A DNA stretch of 64,000 bases from Octopus sinensis (GCF_006345805.1 NC_043003.1:52886001-52950000); one strand, 5' to 3'; counted from the stretch's first letter, positions 38,982-53,906 are shown. Numbers and translations: made by a program. Notes: generated by a model not told the origin, from the sequence alone.

Positions 38982-39081
38982 TATGTATGTATGCATTTAT
39001 GTATTTTTATTATTATTATTATTATTTTATTTTATTGTATTGAGACAGCAATAAAATGAGTGAGATAAATGGTAGAAACAT

Positions 39082-39125
<44 letters not shown>

Positions 39126-39699
39126 TGTGTGTGTGTGTGTATGTGTATATATGTGTATGTATATTTAAATGTGCGTGTGTGTGTTGTGTGAGAGAGAGTG
39201 AGAGAGCAAGAGAGAGAGAGCGTATGTGCGTGTGTGGGTGTATGTGTATTTGTGTCTATGTACAGAGAGAGAGAAGGTGAACAGGAGAGGGGGAAAGGGG
39301 GTACCTATAGATATTTCTGTTTGTGGTAGAGATATAAGTTTAATAATCGTATGTTTGGAAAGGCACTCAATTTTTTATAGCCGTGTCAACAGTGTTATTG
39401 ACAGCAGAGGAAAGAGAGGTGCGATGGGTGTCAATGGCTGTGGGACTCTGCGAAAAATAACGTCTGTTTCGTTCGGCTGCTCCAGTGCAGAATATAAAAA
39501 AAGTAAACAAAAACCAAAATAAATATAAGGTAATGATTCGCTGATGAAAAACTGAAAGAGAAAGAGAACAAAAAAAAAAAAATTTAGAAAATGTGAGAGA
39601 GATAGAGCTGATTAAGCAGTTCACAACGGGACATTGCCAAACCCAGCAATAATAATGGTGCAGCGATTGAAAACAGATTAACGAAGGAGAAACATCAGC

Positions 39700-39776
39700 A
39701 ACTACTACTACTACTACTGCTGCTGCTGCTACCACCACCACCACCACCACCACCACCACCACCACCACTGCTGCTG

Positions 39777-39825
<49 letters not shown>

Positions 39826-39899
39826 CACTACCACCACTACCACCACCATTGCTGCTGCTGTCACTACTACTACTACTACCACCACCACCACTGCTGCTG

Positions 39900-39939
<40 letters not shown>

Positions 39940-39953
39940 CATTGCTGCTGCTG

Positions 39954-39993
<40 letters not shown>

Positions 39994-40019
39994 TACTACC
40001 ACTACCAACACTGCTGCTG

Positions 40020-40050
<31 letters not shown>

Positions 40051-40169
40051 CATCACCACCACCACCGCTGCTGCCACTACTACTACTATTACTACTACTA
40101 CTATTACTACTACTACTATACCACTACTATACTACGACGACGACCACCACTACCACCACCACCACCACC
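39700..40169. repeat. Compound (ACT/ACC/GCT)n with ~60-bp higher-order periodicity
   Basis: Recurring ctgctgctgccactactact blocks. Confidence 0.9.
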
Positions 40170-41222
40170 AGATATTTATATGTGCAAGGCAGCTAAACTC
40201 TATGATGGTACCTAGTTTTACCCTTTCTGTCTCAAGCAACAATATCCGGGCTGTTATGGTTACACTTGACAGAAGTTTCGATAGGAATATTCCACGAGTA
40301 TTCCTTGAGTTGGTGTTTATGAATGTATTCCATGACAGGGGGATTTTCTAAGTTTATTTCAGGACATTCCTTTTTTTGCGGATGGCATTGTAAATTGTTT
40401 AAGCAACAACATCGTGCCGCATTGAGAGGCAGTACCGTGACGACATTTTAGGACAGCCGCTAATCACATGCGTGATGTTTTCCACAGAGACATGACATAG
40501 CCTACACATGCGGTTGTACCTTGGGATTTCAAGAGCGTCACAGTCTCTCTTGTTCCCCAGGTACTTTATGGCAATCTCCTGTTCCTGGATTGCAAACTCA
40601 TAGCCTTCAAAGTGTGATGTGATGTGGTGGTTTTGTGTCCAAGAGAGGCTGCGCTTCGTATCAATTCTACTGTCCACTTCAAGCTTCCGGACAGCACACC
40701 CATGCATGACCTTTTTTATCTTTTTGTATTCTAGCGGCTTTCCATCCAGGTCTTCTCTGAGGTAAGAGAGCCCAGCTGTTTTAGGTCTGTATAAGAGATC
40801 ATCACGAAGACAGGGTTTCTTGAAGAGTTCACTGCCAACTTGTACAATGTTGCTCACTTCACTTTTCAGGATTGCATTAATATATTTGTTTTTGCTGCAG
40901 TTGTTTAGCAGGTGCTGTCTGAGTGATACCATACGGTATCCGAAGGCCATCAGCACTGATCTCAGGCCTCTACAACCTTATCTCTTCTTAGGTGGAGTCT
41001 GTCAACAGCACTGTTTCTGTGGAAATTCCCAGTTGTCAGGATTTTGCGGGTTTTGATATCTATGGAGTGGATTTCCTCTACAGACCAATCAAGTATCCGA
41101 AATATTGGGATCAACATCGATACTGCAAATGCACTGTGGGATATTGTTTTGTTGTAAGAGGAGATTTCCGACTGCCATATTTTCCTAAGTCTGGTGTAAT
41201 ATTCTCGGGTCACTCTATCTTT
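40170..41222 (-). mobile_element. R4/Dong-type LINE fragment (post-RT, CCHC, RLE start)
   Basis: ORFs 40962-41213 (IDIKTRKIL..FHRNSAVDRL) and 40399-40956 (AIQEQEI, CRLCHVSVENITHVISGC..RHDVVA); PDIV at ~40240. Confidence 0.88.
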
Positions 41223-41654
41223 ATTGTATGTATGTATGTATGTATGTATGTATGTATGTATGTATGTATGTATGTATGTATGTATGTATGTATGTGTGTA
41301 TGAATGAATGAATGTGTGAATGAATGTATGTATGAATGAGTGAATGAATTAATATCTGCCAAGTATTTACACACTGCTGAGAAGAGAGCAAGTCAGGTGG
41401 GCAAGATACCTTGTTAGAATACTGTTCCTCCGAATCGCATCTTACTCTGTAGCGTAGCTGGAGGGGGGAGGAGGGTAGTAAGCTATTTGCCTCTGGGTGA
41501 CGCTTTTATAAGTTGGCAGTTTTTAGTCTGTTGTTGAAGCCGATATAGGCTGTATTGAAGGATGGGGAGAAGGCGCGGACTCAATACAGCACCACTGAAA
41601 GTACTGCCTTTAAAAATTGTAAGTTATTTCGGGTAAAATCTCAGAAATACTGAG

Positions 41655-42015
41655 AATGTTTTACAGCGAACTGGCGAAAGGCAAGCAAGCGCAGGGTGGA
41701 CCGATAAAAAGTTATTCAAAGACACATTCAAAGCTTTGAGATCAACCCCGACACCTGGGAAACACAATCACAAGATCGCCCTGCTTGGAGGTGATCAGAG
41801 GTGTCACTTACGAACAGAACACGATTGCAGGGCTCGAAGTAAACTCGAACTACCCAAGTCCAGAACTAATTCCTTTTCTTTTGTTGTAAGAGACTGACAG
41901 TGCCAAACCTGCGGCAGAGTCTTCCGAGCATGCATCAGATAGAATGGCCACTACTGGACACACCATGCTCCGTCTTTTCTCATCTGATGTCCTTGGTCAA
42001 TGTCGTCAACGATGG
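41655..42015 (+). mobile_element. RTE/BovB-type LINE 3' end
   Basis: Hand translation FYSELAKGKQAQGG, INPDTWETQSQDRPAWR and a terminal C2H2-like CQTCGRVF...H..TH. Confidence 0.7.
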
Positions 42016-42027
42016 ATGAATTAATAA

Positions 42028-42133
<106 letters not shown>

Positions 42134-42788
42134 AAGGAGGTGGAAATAATAAGCAAATCAATGAACTCCGTCTAATTACCTGCAATTAAAGAGAGAATTG
42201 CAATTTTATAGCACACCCGCACTACAGTCCTATGGGAAGAGTTACTTCCCTTACATTTTAATTCGCAGCTCATGTAAACAAAATTTATGCGTTAATACGA
42301 ATTGACTTTCATCATATAAACTTAGTTAATCAACGTGAATAATGATTATAATAATTAGCAATGCTCTTGATATATTACGAAAACTACAAGATGGCTGGAA
42401 GTTTATAGAGAGCCACGAAATATATAGTTATTTTTTTGAAAGAGAACTTGTTCGTAACATTTCGCTCTGTAGGTGATGATGCTAGGGGACAAAAATTTCT
42501 GAATGCTGCACTTCTTGTTACACACTTGTCATCTCTTCCACCTCGAAGTTGTTATTTTCTCCTTTGTGTAATCTTAACTATGGAACAAAATCAAAGATAT
42601 AATACATACTCTAGGTATTATATCATTCTGTTCCTGAATGATGAACGGCAATGCTGTATTCAATCCTTTATTTTGATATCACAGAAACGTTCATATGACT
42701 AGACTTGTATCTAGAGTTCTGGTGAGCGCAGTGGCTGCTCCAATTAGCAGTGGATTCCGAAGGGGAAGAGGGCAAAAAATAAAACTAT

Positions 42789-43207
42789 CTTTTCTACTAT
42801 AGGCTCAATGCCCGAAATTTTTGGGGAGGGGACCAGTCGATTAGATCGCAACTGGTACTTAATTTATCGACCCCGAAAGGATGAAAGGCAAAGTCAACCT
42901 CGGTGGAATTTGAACTCAGAACGTAAAGACTGACAAAGTACCTCTAAGCATTTCGCCCGGCGTGTTAACGCTTCTTATTTCTTTATTGCCCACAAAGGTC
43001 TAAACATAGAGGGGACACACAAGGACAAACAAACGGATTAAGTCGATTACATCGAACCCAATGCGTAACTGGTACTTAATTTATCGACCCCGAAAGGATG
43101 AAAGACAAAGTCGATCTCGGCGGAATTTGAACTCAGGACGTAACGGCAGACGAAATACGGCTACGCATTTCGCCCGGCGTGCTAACATTTCTGCCAGCTC
43201 GCCGCCT
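42789..43207 (-). mobile_element. SINE family A, dimeric
   Basis: Core cgaccccgaaaggatgaaa present twice (~42868, ~43085). Confidence 0.85.
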
Positions 43208-43567
43208 TAAAAGAATAACAATATCAGCAAAGGCGCAAGCATGACAGTCTCATTTTAAAAGTTCGCTCCGTCAGCATGTGTTTCTGGGTTCGGTTCTAAG
43301 TAGCAACTTAAGCAAGTGACTTCAAATACAAAGGTTCGAGTCATGTGAATGCCTCGAGGGAAATTTTGGCAGCGAGAAACATTTTGGAAACCGATTATGC
43401 ATGTGCGACTGTGTGTGTGCGTGAATGTACGTGAATGAGCGTGTGTGTGTGCGTGCGTGTGCGCGCGTGTGTGATTATGTTAAAGCCACTTAAAACTAGC
43501 AATATCGTAGCGGCACCGTAACACTGTTTTGGCGCTACGATAAAATACACATGAAACTTAAATATAA

Positions 43568-43732
43568 CGCAAGTGTGGCTGTGTGGTAAGTAGCTTGCCT
43601 ACCAACCACATGGTTCCGGGTTCAGTCCCAGTGCGTGGCACCTTGGGCAAATGTCTTCTTCTATAGCCTCGGGCCGACCAAAGCCTTGTGAGTAGATTTG
43701 GTAGACGGAAACTGCAAGAAGACGGTCGATTT

Positions 43733-43830
<98 letters not shown>

Positions 43831-43885
43831 TGTGCGCGTGCGCGAGCGTGTGCCTATGTTTGTCCCCACCACCATAGCTTGACAA
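43568..43885 (+). mobile_element. SINE family B, 3'-truncated
   Basis: gtggctgtgtggtaagtagcttg..ggttcagtccc..accttgggcaaatgtc. Confidence 0.87.
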
Positions 43886-44362
43886 TAAATGTTATAATAT
43901 TATTATGGTTTTCTGTTAAAGATATACTCAATATATGCTTAATACGTATCATTACTCTTCATTTTAGAAAAAAAAAAGTCTAGATGGGCTATATCCATTC
44001 AAAAGCTGTTAGCGTGGTTCACCCAAAAACTGAAGAATCTGAAATTAAAAAAGAAAGGACGTTGCACAAAATATTGAAAACATAACAATGGTGTTGCCAT
44101 AGTGTGCAAACCAGCTGGGGAAAGTTTTATCGCAATCGATTCGCAGAAAACCGAGAAATCCTAAATTTCAATCCTAAGTTGTTAGCGTGGTTCTGGGTGT
44201 AATCGTTGGATATTAGCACAAGGGTCTGATATATAGAAAACCGTTAATAAGTATATTCAAAAGCACAATGGAAGGTCAGATTGACATAGCAATTTGGCAT
44301 GCTAGAGCACGGACAAATCTTGTAACCAAGAAAAAAACCACCGAGTTGGCAGAAAACTATTG

Positions 44363-44770
44363 AAGGCGGCGAGCTGGCAGAAACGTTAGCACGCCGGGTG
44401 AAATGCTTGGCAGTGTCTCGTCTGCTGCTACGTTCTGAGTTCAAATTCCGCCGAGGTCGACTTTGCTTTTCATCATTTCGGGGTCGATAAATTAAGTATC
44501 AGTTACGCACTGGTGTCGATATAATCGACTTAATCCGTTTGTCTGTCCTTGTTTGTTCTCTCTGTGTTTAGTAGTAAAGAAATAAGTATTTCGTCTGCCG
44601 TTACGTTCTGAGTTCAAATTCCGCCGAGGTCGTCTTTGCCTTTCATCCCTTCGGGGTCGATAAATTAAGTACCAGTTACGCACTGGAGTCGATGTAATCG
44701 ACTTATCTCCTTTGTCTCTCTTTGTTTATCTCCTCTATGTTTAACCCCTTGAGGGCAATAAAAAAATAAG
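44363..44770 (+). mobile_element. SINE family A, dimeric
   Basis: Two cores; flanking direct repeat agaaaactat. Confidence 0.85.
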
Positions 44771-44774
44771 AAAA

Positions 44775-46576
44775 CTATCGGTCCATTGTTTGCCTAAACA
44801 TTACATAGAAACTGTACACAAGCTATCTCAACCATTCCCTCCAGGATCATTATGAATTCGCCAACAGTGATTGATGAGCAGGCAGGTGGAAAGAAGTGAG
44901 TATGGGGATGTGCCGAACAACTTTTGATAGACAAAGCTGTACTGTCTGAAGTAAGAAAACACTGTAGAAGTCGTGTGCAATATGGGTTGATTATAGGAAA
45001 GCCTTCGACTCTACTCTCCACTCATGGTTGCTGAAGTGTTTACATTTGGCAAAAGAACCTGTTACTTTAGTTGTTGCTATTCAGAAGCTCACAAAGATTT
45101 GGATAACAATTCCCACACAACTGAGAGTGGAACAATCGTTTCCAATGTTTTAAATATTTCAATGGGAATATTCCAAGGAGATATTCTTCCTATAATTCTG
45201 CTCACTTTGGCATTAAATGTATCATTATTTCTGTTGCAAAAATCAAACGGCTAAATGCTAATATCTGAAACTGCTAGAGATAATAATGTGGCCCATACAT
45301 TGTTTGAGTTTGACCTCAATATTTATGCAAAAAATGATAATAATGCCAAAAAGAAAGAAAAAACTCAGCTGGAGTTAATAACAGCATTTTCAGCTGACAG
45401 GAATAGAATTTGACAAAAAGAAATACTCTTATTTGATTACTGAACGGGAAAAACCAGTCCCCACTATACCTATGTACCAACGGACACTATCTCTCTTGTC
45501 CCGCACAAAGAATGCTACAAATACCTTGATATTGATAAAAGCATATCATTCGAAGGTACTGTGAATAAGGACGGAATGACCCGAAAATATTATGCTAGGT
45601 TCAGAATGATATGGCAGTCGGAACTCTGCCCTTACAACAAGACAGTATCTCACAATGCATTTACAGTAGCAGTACTGATTCCAACATTTTGGATACTTGA
45701 CTGGTCTGTAGAGAAAATTCGCTACATACACATTAAAACCCGCAAAATCCTGGCATTAACTGGAAACTTCCTAAGAAGAGATAAAGGAGGTTCCAGGCTT
45801 GAGATTAGTACAGACGGCTTCGAACAACAGCAGCAAAAATACTTGATACTTGATACTGAAAAGCAAAGAGAATAACATTCTATGTGTCGTCAGTGAACTC
45901 CCTAGGAAGCACTTGCTTCCTGACAGCTTTCCATATAACCCCTAAACAGTTTAACTGGCATAACTAAAGGAAAACCTAGATGTGAAGCACTCAGCATACC
46001 AAAAGGGGGAAAAAAGACTGTATAAGTATGTTTGCAGAAGATTTGGAGAAGACAGTAATATCGGCATGAAGTGCAGCCTCCCGGACTCGTGATTGTTACA
46101 TCACATTACACATCGAAAGCTATGCATTTGTAATTCAAGGAAAGGCGAATGCTACGAAATGCCTTGTAAACAAAAGAGACAGCGAAGTATTTGAAGCCCC
46201 AAGATGAAACCGAAATGTAGATAATGTCACGCTTCCCCGGAAGACAACGACGCACATATAATTAGCAGTTGCCTCAAAATGCCATAAATGTCGCTAAAAC
46301 AATGCCATCCGAGTAAGAAAGATTGGCTTAGAATAAATATGGAGACCTCCTACCGCCTGTTATTGAGTACATACACCAGCAACGAAAGGGATACAGGAGG
46401 AGCATTCTCAACAAAACCTCTATCAAGTGTAAGCACAACAGGTTAACAAGTCGGATATTGTTGTTTGGGACGGACAAGAAAAGTATGTACAGTCATCGAG
46501 GCTGTCCTCCTAATGGGAATATCTCTTCAAAGAGAAGAAAATAACTTCAGATTTCGAAACCTCCAGCTTCTACATC
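44775..46576 (+). mobile_element. R4/Dong-type LINE, degenerate, same family as 40170-41222; ends at the Gypsy LTR
   Basis: GIFQGDILP (ORF 45024); ORF 45561 closely matches ORF 40962; SDIVVWD at ~46450; ends ...RNLQLLH at 46576. Confidence 0.85.
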
Positions 46577-46768
46577 TGTTGTATCGCCAATTGTTATGAC
46601 GATACTTTTTTTTACACTATAACCGTGTAGTAACAATAAAATATATAACGAAGCAGGGTAACAGCAACCTAACAATCCAACAAATTCTCCACGAACTATG
46701 CACGAACCAGCAAACGATATTCCGACAAATTACCAAAACGTCACCTTACGACTTACTGTGATTAAGGC

Positions 46769-46824
<56 letters not shown>

Positions 46825-46967
46825 TCGTCTCTCACTCAAACCGTACTGTTTACAGTCGTTCGGTCAAGTCCATTCTAGTAGGGGGTGTCTCCTTTTGAGA
46901 TTTCGTCTTCCGTAGGAGACGAAATTTATTTTATCGTTATTTTGTTTTTCTCTTTCTTTCTAACACA
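46577..46967 (-). repeat. 3' LTR, 391 bp, TG...CA
   Basis: tgttgtatcgcc...taacaca; adjacent PPT; internal (CT)n. Confidence 0.88.
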
Positions 46968-49900
46968 TCTCCCTTTTTGAAATATTGCTTCCCTAGGGAG
47001 TTCAGTACCTTTTCTGCTTAGGAATTATTTCTAAATGTTCAGTCTGTTTACGTTTTCTGTTACTGCTCCTTCTAGCCTCGATCACTTTCGGTGCTGGCAC
47101 ATCGAACATGTCATAAAATACTTCCAGTGGAATTCCCTTCCTTTCTTCAGTGTGTCGGGTTTTAATTGATTTAGGTGTCGTTTATGCTCCCATCATTGGC
47201 CTTTTATTAAATACTTCATGTTTCTACTTCTTTTAATCACTACACCATCTCGCCAGTTCTCTTTGTCGGTCTTATATACTTTAAAATGAACTTTATCTCC
47301 GACATCAAAACGTTTAATTTAATTTTTTGTATTTTCTCTATTCATTTTTTCCCCTTGCCAACAATTTTTCGAAGATCGATTTAATCTTTCGAGCGAACAT
47401 CAGCTCTGCAGACGACTTGCCAGAACTGGTATTCGGATTGGGCGTTATTCTGTACACCTTTAAAAATTTAGTTAGCGCTTCGTCATTTCCTAACTCGTTC
47501 TTCGCTTTTTTTAGCGCTCGCTCGAAAGTATCAACGAATCATTCTGCTTGCCTATTTGACCTTGGGTGGTAGGGCAGGGTAAACATGTGCTTGATTGCAT
47601 GCATTTTCCAGAATTTAATGAACTCGCATCCCATAAATAGTGTTCCATTGCCCGATACTATGGTGTCCCGGATACCGTATCGAACAAAAAGTTCGTGCAG
47701 GAACTTTATTGTTGCCTTCAAAGAAGGTTGACAGCACCTACATACTTCTGGATTCTTGGTAAAGCTATTAACAAGGATCAAATAGTAGGCACCATTCACT
47801 GGTCCAGCGTAGTCTATATGTACTCTGGACCACCGACTATTCGTCTTAGGTTACGATTGGTATTTCACCGGTGGTGACTTGGTTGCTAGCGCACAACCTC
47901 TACATGATTTTACCAAATTTTCAATGTCCCGGGCCATTGTCAGCCAGTACACGTAGCTCCTCGTCAAAGCTTTCATTCGTGACATCTCCGGGTGTCAACT
48001 CTCAAATTCATGTAACATCCGTTTCCGTACTACCACTCTTTGTGCGTACATTAATACATCGTCGCAGAGTGAAAAATGGTTCGCATTCGTATTTCTCTTT
48101 TGTTTATTTTTCAAGGTTTCATTAATTTTTATGATGTATTTGTCTTTCTCTGATTTACTTTTTCTATCTTGTACAGTCACTGGTAACTCCCGGATGACAT
48201 TACACATAACGTTTTTAATTTCTTTTTCTGATTGTAATGCGGCTATCACCGTATCTTCCAGCGGTTCTGCATTCTTCGAAATTAGCCTAGATAAACAATC
48301 AGCATGGCCAATTTTCTTAGACGGAATGTACTCCATGTTAAAGTTGTAATTTAACCATATTGTACCCCAGCGTTCTAATCTGTAGGTTGAATGGGTAGTA
48401 ATTCCTTTCTTTGATCCGAAAATTGATTGTAACAGTCGGTGGTCCGTATGAAGCCGGAAACTTCTACTGTGGAGTAATCTGTGGAATTTCTTCACGGCAA
48501 AAATAATCGCTACAGCTTAATTCTCTATCTGACAGTAATTTTTTTTCTGCTGCAATCAGAGCACGCGAGACATGGACCACCGCCTTCATAATACCATCTT
48601 TATATTTGTTTAGCAAAATTGCTCGTATTCAGAAGCGTGAGAAGCTACAACAATTTCCGCTGAAGGATCGAAATGAGCCAGCGACAAATCCCAAATTGAT
48701 ATTTTTTAATATCCTGAAACACCTTTTGACAGTTAGTTGTCCAATTCCATTTGGTATCTATTTTAAGCAAATTATCAAGTGGAGCTCTCAATTCATGCAT
48801 GTTTGGTATGTAATTTTGATAATAGTTCGCTAGGCCCAGAAAAGCTTGTAATATCGCTATGTTAGTTTCCACACTGAGTGTGAAACTCTAATCTTTTATT
48901 AAAAAAAAATCACCTTTCACATTTTCAGCATATTGATCACGAGATTCGCTTTTAATTAATACATCACCGTGGTATGGAATTGCAAATTTACAGTCTGCCA
49001 ACATCGCATGTTGAAATATTGCAGGTGCGGCGTTCAGACCAAATGGCAATCTATTATATTTGTAAAGTCCTCTGTGCCTATTCAATGTTCGAAGCTTCGA
49101 ACATTCTTCGTCTGTTTTAATTTGTAGATATGCATCAGACAGTTCCAGTTTCTATTTTGAAACTATTTTGTCACCATTTAATTTTGCAATACACAGTTTT
49201 GGATACTTTTTGAATAATTCTCATTTTCCCCAGTCTGTCTAATTCTTCCTCTATCTGCTTTATTGCAGAAAATAGTACCTTTCTATTAGGATTGAATAAG
49301 GTACGATGTTTTACTTTATTTGAAAACAGGCTTCACTTTTAGAACAGAGGCTTGATTTATCCGACAGCACTTCAGGAAACAAGTTGAAGAAAAAATTTTA
49401 AAACTTCAATTCAGCTGCTGAGTTATTTTCACTGGTGGGGCAGCCATTTATATTTTTACAGAACTGACTTATAGGGAGGTCCCATAAATCAAACACCTCC
49501 AACCAGTCCGTACCGAACAAATTGGTTGCGTTTTTTAACATGAAAATTTTTACTTTACAGGGTTTTCCCCGAAATGTAATATCACTCCATATTTCGACAA
49601 CGAAGTGTAGTTTTTCACCTGTCATGCTTCGTGCATTTTTTAATGTTTTTCTTCACGTAGATTTCCCAATTCTTTTCCACGTATCAGTATTGATAATCGA
49701 GATGTCGCTACCAGTATCTAGTTGTAATTTAATATTCACTTCGTTTACTTTCACGTGTATAAATTTCCTCTTTTTGGTGTCGCTTCTACTTTCCGTTGAG
49801 AAAACTTTAGAATTCTTTGTGTTCGAACTACCTAACTTTGCTCTGCAATATGAGCTCTGGTATCCTACTTTTTGGCAACCGTAAAATTTTTGCATTTGGA

Positions 49901-50779
49901 AAGGACAATCCTTCCTGAAATGTAGGGCTCCACATCCGTTTGGTCTTAACATTTTTTTGTTTATACCTTCCCAGTCGACATGTTTGTACTTGTGAGAAGT
50001 CCTTCTCTTCAATTTTCCCAACGTCCTGAGGTAAGTTTACCATTTTTGACACTTCTTTGCAACTGTCTGCAGGGTTAAGCTTTGGTCCGCTTGTTCAAGT
50101 TTTGTGAGAATTCTTGCACATATCTCCGCATCCTTGTTTGCAGTAAGCCCTTGTACAAATATGAGGCACTTAAACATATCAGGAGTCAGTTCCTTCAGTT
50201 TAAATCTTTAGCACATTCAGCTTACGATTCTATCATACGTCTTCATCCTCTTTTTTTTTTAACTAGATTCCAACACTCCCATCGAGTGTTAAATAGGGAG
50301 CTCTTAATCACTGAATATTTTTGATAGTAGCTTGACTGTTTCTTGGAAACAATTTTCACTAGTTTTGGGGGTAGTATGAAATTACAATATTTTTCATGTT
50401 CAGCCAGCACTAATCTACCTTTTCGTTGTCCGTCTACGACTTGCAATCTTCCCTGAAAATTTGTTCGCACCTTCTAAAGTATGCTGTCAACTTTACACCT
50501 TCTTCTGGGTTATAGCTAAATTCTGTTATAGAGTTTGATATGCCATCTGGTGGAAACGAACTTATAGTATTTTCGGACTTCTTAAAACGTAGCTCAATTA
50601 ACTGTTGTTGTTTCTCTTGTTGCCGTAGTAGTTGTTTCCGCAACTCCTGTTGCTGTTCTTACTGTTGTTTTTGCAACTGTATTATAGGAGCTAATAGTTC
50701 TTCCATCATTAACACCTTTGTATCACAAAAAAAAATTATTAGCTGACCTGCGTGAGCTTTGAATCCGCGTCGCCAATAT

Positions 50780-50916
50780 TGTTGTATCGCCAATTGTCGT
50801 GATGATACTTTCTTACACTATACTCGTGTAGTAACAATAAAACATATAACGAAGTAGAATAACAACTACGTAGCAATCCAACAAACTTTCCACGAACTAT
50901 ACACGAACCAACAAAC
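50780..50916 (-). repeat. 5' LTR remnant, truncated
   Basis: Matches 46577-46715 at roughly 85% by eye; ends abruptly at a SINE. Confidence 0.85.
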
Positions 50917-51228
50917 TTCAGTCGAGCGAATCGACCCCAGGACTTATACTTTGCCCAGAACTTATTCTATCGGTCTCTTTTGCCGAACCGCTAAGTTAAG
51001 GGGACGCAAACACACCAACATCAGTTGTCAAGTGATGCCGGGGGGACAAATACAGACACACAAACACACACACATATATATACAGATATATGACAGGCTT
51101 CTTTCTGTTTCCGTCTACCCGAGGCTATAGTAGAAGACGCACTTGCCCAAGGTACCACGCAGTGGGATTGAACCCGGAACCATGTGGTTGGTAAGCAATC
51201 TACTTACCATACAGCCACTCCTGCGCCT
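50917..51228 (-). mobile_element. SINE family B
   Basis: cttaccatacagccactcctgcgcct head on the minus strand. Confidence 0.85.
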
Positions 51229-51627
51229 GACAAATACAAAAAAGAAGTCATAGTACCTAACAACTACGAAGAATACGCATATATTCACACGAACCAAACA
51301 CAGGACATGACAACGACCTAGCTACAATCGTCTAGGACATACCTATCTAATCTGACAAGAAGATTACGAAAGCCGTTTGGTTAAGGGCTGAAAAGAATAT
51401 ACATGCATCTCTGTCTCCTACCACAAAAGCCTTACTCGAAAGAGAATAGAAACATTTTAAAAACAGTATGTGTGGCTTGGAAGTAAAAACAGTACTAATA
51501 ACAACTGGAGGACTGGGTCTGATAAGACATATAAACAAAAACGTGCGTGCCATACCAGTGCTCCCAACGATTATGCACAGTCGAAAAGGTAGATTTTTAG
51601 GTGGAGCTCACGCTCTGCCTAAGACAT

Positions 51628-51830
51628 GGGTTTCAAATTTTAGCACAAGACCAGTAATTTCGAGAGAGAGAGGCGGTTAAGTCGCTCCAACTGGTACTTA
51701 TTTTATCGACCTCAAAAGGATGAAAGGCAAAATAGACCTCAGCGGAATGTGAACTCAGAACGTAAAAACAGACGAAATGCCGCTAAGCATTTTACCCGGT
51801 GTGCTAACGATTCTTCCAGCTCACAGCTTT
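51628..51830 (-). mobile_element. SINE family A
   Basis: aaaggatgaaaggcaaa..gaactcagaacgtaa..ttccagctc. Confidence 0.8.
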
Positions 51831-51959
51831 CACTCTCCCTAAGATATTAGCAATTAAATAGTGCAGCTCAAACAGTACATTGTTTGCATGCAATAATACG
51901 TAGCTTACTCTATAACCACTCAAAAAACTAACACGGCCAACACAACAGATCCTATACAG

Positions 51960-52543
51960 CAGGTATTCCTAACCGGGGTCCGCATTTACTCGCAGGGGTC
52001 CACAGAAGCTTTAAGGGGGTCCACAAGTAAAAAATTGTAATTTGTAGGTTCATAAATAAATTTTGTTTACTAGGTGAGATACCTGCATTTATTGAAATTT
52101 TCAAGATTTGTATTTAGAATTTATGTTTTGAATATAACGAAATTATTTCATATTTCTTTACTGCCTAAAAGGGGCTACACACAGACTGGACAAACAAGGA
52201 CAGACAAAGGGATTAAATCGATTATATCGATTATATCGACCCCAGTGCGTAACTGATACTTATTTAATCGACCCCGAAAGGATGAAAGGCAAAGTCGACC
52301 TCGGCGGAATTTGAACTCAGAACGTAACGGCAGACGAAATACCGCTAAGCATTTCGCCTGGCGTACTAACGTTTCTGCCAGCTCGCCGCCTTTATATATA
52401 TAATGAAATTGTTTCAGTGTTAGTTTTTTCTAACCTACAAACAAATACTTTATTTCAAAATTTGACATGTGGATATATGGAGTCCACAGATGATAAGATA
52501 GCTCTCAGGGGGTCCACAAACAAAATAAGGTTGGGTACCCCTG
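51960..52543. mobile_element. hAT-type MITE with perfect 8-bp TSD; contains SINE A at ~52150-52391 (-)
   Basis: TIRs caggtattcctaacc / ggttgggtacccctg; CTATACAG at 51952-51959 and 52544-52551; repeated subterminal ggggtccac. Confidence 0.88.
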
Positions 52544-52670
52544 CTATACAGGATTCCTGTATAGGATCACCACTCAACAAAATGACAGAACATACACTTT
52601 TACATAATTGATACTTGACACTGTAGTACCAACACATGAACGATTAGTACCTCAATATTGGGAACAATTA

Positions 52671-53184
52671 CCGTAAATCCTCGAGTGTAATCCGCATATT
52701 TTCCCAAAAAATTTAAAGGTCAAAATCCTTAGTGCGTACTATATACGCGGTTAAAAATGAACAATATTTTCTAATCAATGTCTGAGTCTCTATTTGCTGT
52801 CCGGCAATGTTTATTCAGACGCATTTTGTGATGCCGGGCGCGAAAATACCTTAAGCTAAGCCTGAAAGCAATGAAGTCATAAAAGAATCATCCGTAATTT
52901 GCAGTAAGCAACATTTATCAAAATAAAAGTATTCAGAACACAGAATAACATGTAACAAAAACAATTTGCAAACATGTTTACATTCCCATATAACAGTTAA
53001 GGACATCACAATTGTTGTATTACGTATGCGCGGAAGTGTTTGTTCGACTAGGTTCGATTAAGCACGACTCAAGTTAGAGAAGTGGTGCGTATCATACACA
53101 AGGTTTAGGTTTTTCAGAGGTACAGCCCCCTAAAAATCCCCTGCGTATTATACTCAAGGGCGGACTATACTCGAGGATTTACGG
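52671..53184 (+). mobile_element. pogo/Tc2-like MITE, copy 2
   Basis: TA|ccgtaaatcctcgag ... ctcgaggatttacgg|TA. Confidence 0.92.
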
Positions 53185-53906
53185 TATACACATATAAAAC
53201 CCGAACTGTACAACGAATAGCTAATGAAAATGAACAAATATTCAATTACACAGACACTACAAAGCTCACAGCAGCTGAGTAATAATTGATAAAGTTAGAA
53301 ATCGAAGCATAAAGCGTGTTATATTTGGCGGCGCTGTTAAGAGGGAAGTGTTGGTAATTATGTTAATAGTTATAGCATTATTAATAATGATATTAATATT
53401 ACTGTTAAAGACGGGTACAACAATCAAAATGTTGATAGTATAGACATTACCACTTCTGATCAGCGCATTTCTTCAATAATAGTTGTGTTATTTGCAGTTG
53501 TTGGAACTCTGAAATATTTCCTATCCACTGAATAAACTAAAATAGACTAAACATATAAGAACAGGCTGCAAAAGTACTAAGAATACGCTAAAATAACTCC
53601 AATGTATTTTAGGTATACATTTAAAAGACTTGCTTTTAAAGACCAGCATAGATTGACGGTCAGTATCAGCTATTTACAATGGGACATAATATCAGAAAGT
53701 GCTAACATGTTATTAGTATACTCTTCAACGATTTTTACCCTGTTATTTTGTTACTTTTGAAATCTATATTTGAAAACGAAGCTAAAGACATTCAAGTGTA
53801 TTTTGAACAGGAAAAATGTTAGAAACTGATAATAAAATTAAAGAGGCTGACCAGTAGAGCAGGTTACAAGGAGCATTTTCAGAGATAAAACTCTTTATAT
53901 ACATGT

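Larger units (their letters stand above)
46577..50916 (-). mobile_element. Ty3/Gypsy LTR retrotransposon (gag-PR-RT-RH-IN), degenerate
   Basis: CCHC-like knuckles and LQLDTGSDISII (49653-50021), RLPFGLNAAPAIFQ (48888), FLGLANYY (48645), TDHRLL (47995), integrase PYHPRSN (47539). PBS-like TGGCGACGCGGATTC at 50761-50775; PPT AAAAAGGGAGA at 46968-46978. Confidence 0.93.
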